50,378 nt of DNA from Octopus bimaculoides (taxonomy: Eukaryota), in NCBI RefSeq assembly GCF_001194135.2, contig NC_068990.1, positions 7,679,700 to 7,730,077 on the forward strand, written 5' to 3'. Shown piece after piece: positions 40,907 through 50,378 of this stretch. Both the position numbers and the translations under genes were made by a program. The notes under the pieces were generated by a model. The model searched no databases and had not been told where the DNA came from. It worked only from the letters and a program-made list of their open reading frames with translations. Numbering within the stretch: position 1 is the first letter of the stretch; each line of letters starts with the position of its first letter.

Positions 40907-41935
40907 CTGAAATGTAGAAAATAGACAAGTTACTTATTATTGAATTCAAGATTACTGATTTGAGTGAAGATTACATTTAGTGACATAAAGACTGACATCT
41001 ATTGGAAACTGGAATGTAAATGAGGAATTATCATAATTTTGTTGATATTGGTTTATTGTTTTGACTGAAAGAACCACGATAAGGAATCATGCAGAGTGCA
41101 TGTTTTAAGACAGTCACTCTTTGAATGAAGGAGCTTGCGTTGCAGGTTTGAATTCAGTTCCTAATGTTACTATTATGAAATGTCGAGCAAGATCCTACCT
41201 TGAATCATGATATACCATTAATAGATTAAACAGTGTCGCAGGCCGAGACTTACAGCTATTAAAGCAAATGTTAAAGCTAAGGATCAAAATGCATTCGCTG
41301 AGTAAGCTCGTAGGAATTATATCTCAAGTTAGCAATACTATGATATATAATACGTTGATAGCCGAATTTTTCTGTGACCTGTTTGAGTCAGGTATTATTT
41401 CTTTTTATGCTCTATGTTTCTTTTTATCTATGTTTCTAGAAATAGGAAACACTATAAAATAGTAAAAATAACGTGACTGTTCATGTCAATATAATGCGAG
41501 TGAAGGAATTTTCAGGGAAATAACGTTGCATTGTTTTATGCATGTGACTGAAATGAAAGGACCATGTTAATATTAAGTGAAAACGATTATATATAAGTAG
41601 TCAACAAGTATAGGTAAGGGAAATTTAAAATTTATTTTGTACTACTTGATTTTTTCAAATGAATCCAGCATTTTTATAGGTGTTAATGCTTTAAAGATGC
41701 TATTTTGTTTAAACTAATCATTGAAAAGATAATATGAGTTTGCATAAGAAGTAAACAGCAAATACAAGCGAAGTAAATTTATAGAAGATGATACTCCGAG
41801 AGAAGAAAATATGGAAGGACAAAGTGAAGATCTGTAGTAATTTGGGATAACAGTGTTTGATGGTAACACAGTCACTATTAAAAGGTGCTTAATTTTGTAT
41901 TACCTTTTAGTTTTAATGCTCTTAGCTGTGATTTC

Positions 41936-42001
<66 letters not shown>

Positions 42002-42229
42002 ATTAAGATTCGGTTGAGTTAGGTACTTCAATTGAGGAACCTTGTTAGGTAGATCTAATTGCACGCCCGAACAATATCACGTGAATATAAACTGTGCAGA
42101 AGTGTTTGCACTTGATATTCTTGCAGTGTATGCAAATAACACGACCCAACTAAGTGAAGATATCTGCTCTTGGTTATTCAGACAAGTACTTCATATGTTG
42201 GTCCAGAGGGATCTTTTTCTTTTTTTAAA

Positions 42230-42645
42230 GTGAGCCGGTCGACCAGCGCATTGCAGTCGTGCACGAACAAGTCTATGGTTCTGAACTGGCCTGGAGGCAG
42301 CCTCCAGTTGGATGGGCGGTGCTCCAGCTCTGAGAAACAATCCCGATTGTCGTGACGCTGTGTGGACGTGTGGAAAAACGCGAGTAGTTTGATGAGGCGC
42401 AGAAACTGGCTGATGTCAGTGCGGGTCCAAAATTCGTCCCAGTGGCGCGTGAGAGGTGTGAAGTGAAGACCCTTGCTGAGGTGTGAGTGTTCGGCAGCGG
42501 ACAGGGGAAGGTTGGGTGGTATAGTGACCACAGCGCGTGGGAGCAGAAATTGAAGGAGAGAGCAGGTGGAAGGGATGGTAGCACGGATGAGGAGGCGGGA
42601 TGTGTGGGCGACAAACCGTGACGCCTAAACCAAACACCAAGCAAC
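42230..42645 (-). mobile_element. Penelope-like element of a second family, pre-RT N-terminal region
   Basis: VVTIPPNLPLSAAEHSHLSKGLHFTP...FLRLIKLLAFFH...SNWRLPPGQFRTIDLFV matches the LSKGLxFxP / WxPP region upstream of PLE RT; GC-rich. Confidence 0.85.
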
Positions 42646-43989
42646 TTCAGTAATTTAGTAAAATCTCGACGGAGAAGTCGTTGGTCTTACTGAAAGTCGT
42701 TTCGGTAATATTCCTTACTGTGTGAAAATGTATGTTTGTTGTAACTGTGCAGCCCTAAGTCAGAGGTTATTGGGCAGACGTGTAGACAAAATCTAAATGG
42801 ATAATACGCGAAGCTATTAATTCACTTTGAAAGTATAGTTCATGAGGTGCCAAATCTTTTATCGTACAAGTATAGCCAGTGACATTGCACAAAGTGAATT
42901 CAAAAGGTTTGTGGGTTATTAGATGGTTTGATGGTCTTTTTACAATGTAGTTACTTCAGTTTCCCCGCATGATCAAGTCTCTTGCTAGACAATTACAACT
43001 CTAAAATAAGAAAGAAATTATAAAAAAATTGTAGATTCAAATGGAAACCATCCAATAATTCCGGAAGTTATTTACAAGAAAATGTATAATAATTTGCGTG
43101 TCAAGGATATCCTTCAAGACGAAAAAACACCTGATAACATGTGGCATTAAAACTGACACAGAAATAAAAATCCGTGAGTTGGAAATAAAACACAAAAAAT
43201 AGAAGTAAATAAGGTGGATAATATGAAACTTGATCAATATTTCATATCGAATATATAATCTCTAACGCTAGCAGTATAGATGTGACACTAAGTGAAGACA
43301 GCGTTTGAAAATTATTGATTTCCTACATTGGGACTTGGCCAAACACTTTAAGGGAAAAGTTATATTCGATTGATTTTATGTCGCATATGAATGATACTAA
43401 GAGTTATGAAATGAAATAATTGGTTGCCGCGGCAAAATTTGAACTCAAAATGTAGAAAGAAACTAAATAGATTAGATGTTAAGTCTGGTGCTCTAACGTT
43501 TCTACCACGCTATCAGTTTGATTATGAAATGTGACATAGTAATACTGATGTTTAGACAATAATGGCAACATTTGTGCCTTAGTAAGGCATTGCGACAGAA
43601 GAGAGAATGACGATACAATAAATTGAGATAACAACTGGTCACATCTTTGAGTAAAGGATTTTACTTGGCCTCACTGTCTAGTGCATACACTTACAATTAC
43701 AGGAACTTCCTTAGCCTAAGCTTCAGGAAGCAAACAAACCCACCAACCTTGAGGGATCCACTTCATAACAGAACCCGACAGCTGGTGCATGTAAGTATCC
43801 ATACCCTGTGATGTGCAGTCATAGTTGACACTATATTTAAATAGTGGAATATTTCACCCTCCATCTAAGTCTACGGTCTATTGGAACCTTATAAAGGAGA
43901 CATTGACTATATCTAGTCGTTGCGTCTGGCCTCCTCTACTAATTCCTGTTCTTTATCCGTAACATTTATGATATTTAAATTCCCAATCC

Positions 43990-44800
43990 TTAACAGGATG
44001 CTATGGGCGAAAGCGGCTCGGTGTGGCATCAGGTGGCAAAAGAAACTATAGTTTAATCAGGAAGTTAAAAATACCATTTGGACAGATAAGAAGGCTTACA
44101 AAGTTTGGCGTGGAAACAAGTCTCCATTATTACGTAAGCGGTACACTGGAATACAAACATTGCAGCAGACAGTAAAATCGTTCAAGGCTAAGCCATGGGA
44201 GGACCCTGAGGTTAAGCAGGATTCTAACTTTAGATTTACCAATAAAGCATTCTGGCAGACCATCCGCTGAGTACGGAACAAGAAGCCATCTTCAACACCT
44301 GTCACTAAGAACCCAACTGTACTTCTTTTTCCTACAGAAAAGAACATCCTTAAGAGATGAAGTGAAATACTTTGCCGTTCTAAATCTTGTCACGATTAAA
44401 TATTCTGGTTGACACGAAGATCATTTTAGGGTGAAGACTAAGTGCACAGAAGCTGAAGTCAGAGGCCAGTAAAGCACGCAAGGCTGCAGGAGACGGTGAA
44501 TAATGCCATCATATGTTAAAACCCATAAATAGAGATGGTATTCTCTATTTGATTCATGTATGCCAGGTAGCTTGGATCTCTAGAAACACAACAGAGCAAT
44601 GGCAATCCAGGGTGATAATCATAACTTTAGGAAAGGGAGAGAAGAGAGAGTGCTCTAATTATAGAAGAATCTCCTGTTACGCCTCCCAGGTAAAGTCTGG
44701 AAAAAAAATTAGGGAAATTGTTAATTATAAGCTTGTTGTAGAACTGTCTAACTTCTGTCATGGAAGCAGCACAACTAAACAGATATTGGTGAGATGGTAA
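43990..44800 (+). mobile_element. RTE-clade LINE fragment (linker plus RT start)
   Basis: KKAYKVW, KPWED, KAFWQTIR, then MLKPINRDGILYLIHVCQVAW...WQSRVIIITLGKGEKRECSNYRRIS...GSSTTKQI. Confidence 0.9.
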
Positions 44801-44964
44801 CTAGTAGTACTACTGATGTCAGCATGAAAGCTGGGGATCGCAGTAGAATTTTTCAGTCGCCACAACATCCTGATCTGGCATCTATCATGGCTCATACCAA
44901 CACTAATAACTGACGCCAAAAGAGTACAACTATAAAACACCTAACCAGACTTATCAAAAATAAT

Positions 44965-45395
44965 CTTTTCTACTCTAGCCACAAGGCCCGAAATTTGGGG
45001 GGAGAGGGCCAGTCGATTAGATCGATCTCAGTACGCAACTGGTGCTTAATTTATCGACCCCGAAAGGATGAAAGACAAAGTCGACCTCGGCGGAATTTGA
45101 GCTCTGAACGTAAAGACAGACGAAATACCACTAAGCATTTCGTCCGGCGTGCTAACGTTTCTTATTTTTTACTGCCCACAAGAGGCTACACACAGAAAGA
45201 ACAAACATGGACAGACAAACGGATTAAGTCGATTATATCGACGCCAGTGCGTAACTGGTACTTATTTAACCGACCCCGAAAGGATGAAAGGCAAAATCGA
45301 CCTCGGCGGAATTTGAACTCAGAACATGAAGACAGACGAAGTTCCGCTAAGCATTTCGCCCGGCGTGCTAACGTTTCTGCCAGCTCGCCGCCTTG
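44965..45395 (-). mobile_element. Dimeric SINE A with ~17-bp TSD
   Basis: Same junction GCTAACGTTTC|TTATTT (45161/45162) as the 30000 copy; TSD GACTTATCAAAAA(A)TAAT at 44948-44964 and 45396-45413. Confidence 0.92.
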
Positions 45396-45964
45396 GACTT
45401 ATCAAAAAATAATGCAGCAAGCATTTCTCATAAGTCGGTGATAATTATTATATTATCTCTATGCCAAATTTGAATTCGGGATCCGTCTTCTGAAACTCAG
45501 CAGTTACTCCTTTTTACGCAAGTCCTTATAGTTAACACTATGATGGCTTATGCTGTGTATATTAACCCTCAAATACGGATTAACGATACATACATTGCTG
45601 GTTGCCGATAGGCGCGGTAGAAGCGAGCTGAAATGGTTTAGTAATTTCATGTATCAAATATTATAACAAGCAATATAACCTACTTGTATATGTGTGTAAA
45701 TGTCCGTCTTTGTGCAGGTGCTGGTGTTGTGGATGGGGGGTTATTTCTCTAAGGCGTTAGTTCGCAAACAACTACAACAACAGAAGGTACCATTAAAAAT
45801 TCGAATGCGGCAAAAAAACGAAACAAGACCATATTGACAGGTGTGAAGAAATGACAAATAATAAATAATTATCACCAAATCGTTGTTTACGAAACAGTGA
45901 TAGCTGAAGACATTAACATGGAAAAGGTAAACAGAATATCTATTATATAAACGGAAGCACTTAC

Positions 45965-45991
45965 CGGGGGTGTTCCTTTCCCTCTGCGTGG
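45965..45991 (-). CDS. Candidate 27-nt symmetric micro-exon: xTQRERNTP (phase 1) or PRRGKGTPP (phase 0)
   Basis: atattttgcag|CCACGCAGAGGGAAAGGAACACCCCCG|gtaagt; paralog of 47257-47283. Confidence 0.62.
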
Positions 45992-46091
45992 CTGCAAAAT
46001 ATATAACACATAATTATATGGCTATACTGTTACACACACACAAACACATACACACACACGCTCACACACATACATACATACATGCATACAT

Positions 46092-46188
<97 letters not shown>

Positions 46189-46454
46189 TAATATGAACAG
46201 CCGTTTGCAATGTTTCGCCAAAAGGGAGAATTACAAACGTCATTAAATGTGACTAGGGTGTTCAATACTTGAAAGAAAGAGAATCCTCTAGCTCCCATTG
46301 TATTCTCATTTAATCTTAACTAAGTCAGTTGTTTGGGAAACACATTACAGTACTTAGAGTACATAGTAAAATGTGAGATGGATCCACCTATGGAAGTAAT
46401 AGATTTTCTCCCTCTTGGATATGACACTCGTATTATACTTTTTAAAGGTTTTGC

Positions 46455-46675
46455 ACACTCGAAGTCATCTCAAAAATGGAAAAGAGTTACTTGCACCATG
46501 TTGATTCGCGCCAGATATCGGAATGCCGATACACTGACTATTTTTCAGTGCATTGTGAACACTGTAAAGATGAGAGATGGACAGCTGTGGTCAGCAGGAG
46601 GGATACAACAGGTGTTCTGACTGTGTCTGCACGTCGAAGTTCATCCAACGACTGCAGCACAGTGTCTTAGCGTTA
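46455..46675 (+). mobile_element. Tc1/mariner transposase N-terminal remnant
   Basis: SQKWKRVTCTMLIRARYRNADTLTIFQCIVNTVK, then after a frameshift EMDSCG...RCSDCVCTSKFIQRLQ; resembles the HTH start of invertebrate Tc1-like transposases (recognition from memory). Confidence 0.55.
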
Positions 46676-47256
46676 TAAGACGGCTACGTAACGCTGCTGG
46701 GAGCTGTGTGAATGTGGTTGTGCATGTGTGTGTGAGTCTCCGTCTGTTTGATAGTATTTGTATATATATGTATGTGTGCTTGTGCACGTAATGAAGATGA
46801 TTTTAGTAGATGTGTTAACCAAGAATGNNNNNNNNNNNNNNNNNTGTGTGTGTGTGTGTGTGTGTATGTATGTGTCCGTTTTTGTACGGGCGTTGCTGTT
46901 GTGCATGAAGATGGGATCATTACAGAAACATCATAATACTTTATGATGTTTTTGTAATGATCCCATCCTCTACTTTTAATTTCTCTCCCATAAACAAGAA
47001 TCAAGACCAGATGGACAGGTGCGAGACGAATAGACGGCTTTATCAAAAGACAAAAACAAATAATAAGTGAGATCGAATGTTTGAAATTACTAGAATTGAA
47101 AAAAAAAATGTTATATCAATAACATGTAACTGCGATTGTGATTTTAATTTTGATTGAGTCGTTGTTTACAAACAAAAACAGGAATTAAATGATTCCAACG
47201 TAAAAGAACTTCACAGCAGTTCATTAGAATATCTATTATATAAAAGAAGTACTTAC

Positions 47257-47283
47257 TGGTGGTGTTCCTTTCCCTGTCAGTTG
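47257..47283 (-). CDS. Candidate 27-nt symmetric micro-exon: xTDRERNTT (phase 1) or QLTGKGTPP (phase 0)
   Basis: atattttttacag|CAACTGACAGGGAAAGGAACACCACCA|gtaagt; 21/27 identical to 45965-45991; phase 2 is closed by TGA. Confidence 0.62.
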
Positions 47284-47484
47284 CTGTAAAAAATATAAAT
47301 ATAGACATATTAATTATATAGATAAATGTGCATACATACATTTCTACCTTGCTAAGCATAAATTTAATAATGTAGTATAAAATAAGAATATTTTAATTAT
47401 GAAATGCACATAATAAAACATACTGGACAGATGCTGTAGATATGCAAGAAAGAAACCCAATTCATAATAATAGATTTGACTTAC

Positions 47485-47497
47485 CAGTGGGTCCTTG
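47485..47497 (-). CDS. Candidate 13-nt micro-exon CAAGGACCCACTG (QGPT, phase 0 to 1; or KDPL, phase 2 to 0)
   Basis: acttttttattcctatgttacag|...|gtaagt; 201 nt upstream of the 27-nt candidate. Confidence 0.45.
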
Positions 47498-47562
47498 CTG
47501 TAACATAGGAATAAAAAAGTAAACACAAACGGCGTTTAACATTTACGAGGAGCGTAAATGGT

Positions 47563-48003
47563 AGTTAAAAGACTGGGAATTGTAAATGGCAAATGACGAA
47601 ACATCAAACAAATATAGGTATCCAAGAATGATGTTAAAGCATAATTTACTCACGGCAGTAAATAATATTCAAATGGTACACAAATGAGACGAGGTTACTA
47701 ACTAAATTACTAAGTAGAGATTTAAATAATATCATATGCAAAGCATTTTAGCTAACTGGTTTAAAGTATAAACAATAGTTTGTAATGTAGTGCGGGCCTT
47801 TTATCGTAGGTTCATGCTCGCACTGCATTGAAACTGTTTTTCATACCAGTCAGGTAAAGTGCTTTGCATGTTATATTTTTTAAGCCTTTATTTGTAATTT
47901 GTTTAGTAACGTTGTCTTATTTCTGTACCATTTGAATATCATTTACTGTTTTAAATAATTTATGGTTTAACATCATACTCATTACGTCACTTGGTATTTA
48001 ACT
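47563..48003. repeat. ~440-bp imperfect foldback (long inverted repeat centred near 47805)
   Basis: 47656-47680 versus 47924-47948 complementary at 24/25 nt; further matching blocks inward to a ~20-nt loop (47797-47816) and outward to 47563/48003. Confidence 0.85.
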
Positions 48004-48147
48004 TTCTCGGTCCATCGATTAACACAAAACCTTATGTTGTTTGTTCTCTCTAGTTAGGTTATTCTTTAATGTGATATTTTCAGAAACACTTATGACCAAA
48101 CCACGTGTAAAATATTTGATCACTCTGTGAATGGCCTTCTTGTAGTC

Positions 48148-48221
<74 letters not shown>

Positions 48222-48954
48222 ATTTCTATATGTATATAGAGGCTTATATATGCACTTGTGTGTGAGTATTTGTACATGTGTGTGTATGTATAAATGTGTG
48301 TGTGTGTGCGTGTGAGTGTATATAATGGCAGTTTAGATAGTTTTATTTGTGTGTGTATATGTATAGCTATTCTGTGTGTATATGTAAAAAAAAGGGATGA
48401 AAGTCATTGCCAGTTTAATGTTTGGCGTCGTAGTCGCTTTTTTGAATATCCTCTTTAACTCAGAATCGAATGTAGAATTAATAATTCATTTGCCCAGTAA
48501 ATGATTGCTATGACCAGGTCAATGTTTAAANNNNNNNNNNNNNNNNNNNNNNNNNNNNNNNNNNNNNNNNNNNNNNNNNNNNNNNNNNNNNNNNNNNNNN
48601 NNNNNNNNNNNNNNNNNNNNNNNNNNNNNNNNNNNNNNNNNNNNNNNNNNNNNNNNNNNNNNNNNNNNNNNNNNNNNNNNNNNNNNNNNNNNNNNNNNNN
48701 NNNNNNNNNNNNNNNNNNNNNNNNNNNNNNNNNNNNNNNNNNNNNNNNNNNNNNNNNNNNNNNNNNNNNNNNNNNNNNNNNNNNNNNNNNNNNNNNNNNN
48801 NNNNNNNNNNNNNNNNNNNNNNNNNNNNNNNNNNNNNNNNNNNNNNNNNNNNNNNNNNNNNNNNNNNNNNNNNNNNNNNNNNNNNNNNNNNNNNNNNNNN
48901 NNNNNNNNNNNNNNNNNNNNNNNNNNNNNNNNNNNNNNNNNNNNNNNNNNNNNN

Positions 48955-49110
48955 ATATATATATATATATATATACATACACACATGTACTCATTTACAT
49001 ACACACACATGTATGTATGTATGTATATTTATACCACCACCACCACCACCACCATAACTTGACAACCGATACTGGTGTGTTTATGGCCCCGCAACCTAGC
49101 GGTTCGGCTT
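48955..49110 (+). mobile_element. SINE family C 3' internal fragment
   Basis: ACTTGACAACCGATACTGGTGTGTTTATGGCCCCGCAACCTAGCGGTTCGGC matches 34108-34157. Confidence 0.8.
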
Positions 49111-49309
49111 AAATTTGGAAAAAGACGGAAGGAAAATTGGGATATATAATTAACTTAACAGTAAATAAAACCAGCGTCGTACTAATATAAAAGATTACAT
49201 AATATGATATCTCAGACGGATTATCCTTAACTCCCGCTTAGTTATGTTCTGTAAAATGTAGACAGGAAGCTATATTTCATTCCTGGTATTTACACAATCA
49301 CTGGACGTT

Positions 49310-49800
49310 CTTAAGGCTCTTTAAAAGACACTATTTTTCAAGCGAGTATACGGAACATTTTTTGAACCGTTAATATAAGGTTTCGTCTCCGAAAGGAACT
49401 TCTGTCTGACACTCTCGTCCATAAGATTCTAGATTAATGCCAAGAGGATTGTTTTATATCTCTTCTTGGGGTATCTAAAAATTGAAAGAGGGTTGTTGTA
49501 TCTGGATTTAAATTTTACTCCCACGGATCCAATATAACGCTTCGTAGTTTGCTGATACCCATCTTTCATAAACAACGGAGGCTATATTGCATTCTGTAGA
49601 GGACATTTAGCTTTATCTCTGCATGTACATCCAGGACAAGCCTGAGTTATAGGCTGTTTACTGATATTGGCCGTTGCATTAGGGGAACATGAATATGGAT
49701 TTAACCAGGTGCCTATTAAAAATCTTTCTATACCTATGGTTGCTGGGAAAGTGATAATCTAATAAGGGTTTAGATCAAACACAAATTATTCAACCGCAGA
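49310..49800 (-). mobile_element. Penelope-like element linker plus GIY-YIG fragment
   Basis: DYHFPSNHRYRKIFNRHLVK, CTCRDKAKCPL, KRYIGSVGVKFKSRYNN, TKPYINGSK; shares DNA words with 35640-35910. Confidence 0.85.
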
Positions 49801-50331
49801 ACCTTTCGGTAAATAAACAGTTTTAGGTATCTTCTCATTTTAATATCTTCTTCAGCAACTCATTCATGAACACATTCGTGGTTGTTGTTTACAAAGTGAA
49901 CATCCGTCTTCGAATATGCACTCACGAAAACAGAAGGGAAAAACCGCTAAAAGCAGAAGATTTCGTCGTGGCTTCAATCACCAATTGGAGATATGGAGAA
50001 TCCATAACAACACAGGTCTCGATGAGTGACAACTTTTTAAAGAGATTTTTTCCCCGTTAACAAAAAGTCATAAACGGAAAAATGCGTGTATGTAGGAAGG
50101 TTGCAAACCTTAACGCCAAGTCCAAGTTTTTAATTATTCTGTGTTGTACCATAATTAATACGACATTTGAAAATGGTGTATTCAGCGAAATATCGTTTTG
50201 TGGATCAGAATAAATAGCACATGAAAGGAAAAAAAAATTAGAATTGAACCAGCAGTTATCTATTATTTTACTAATTATATCTATCTATCTATCTATCTAT
50301 CAATCTATCTGTCTGTCTGTCTGTCTGTCTG

Positions 50332-50378
<47 letters not shown>

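Noticed and set aside
45718-45786. Plus-strand 69-nt exon-like segment (VLVLWMGGYFSKALVRKQLQQQK)
   Set aside because: Mediocre donor (GTACCA), opposite strand to the supported exon series, and no partners.

Overview
AT-rich, microsatellite-dense animal genomic DNA from a gapped draft assembly (13 N-gaps, mostly at simple repeats). The SINE families and the R4/Dong, RTE and Penelope content point to a coleoid cephalopod, probably Octopus (inference). Nearly all ORFs in the supplied track are translations of microsatellites, gaps or decayed retroelements. Recognisable content: three tRNA-headed SINE families (one also as a TSD-flanked dimer), R4/Dong LINE pieces (RT, RLE endonuclease, 3' ends with (CATA)n tails), RTE LINE pieces, five Penelope-like fragments (RT and GIY-YIG), a Tc1/mariner remnant and several hairpins or foldbacks. 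The least expected signal is a series of very short minus-strand exon candidates with canonical splice sites that the ORF track cannot show: 13, 27, 27, 30, 94, 48, 48 and 44 nt. Two pairs of these are tandem duplicates that keep their splice sites. This suggests the window lies inside a large micro-exon gene whose product I cannot name. No CRISPR, rRNA or true tRNA gene is supported.
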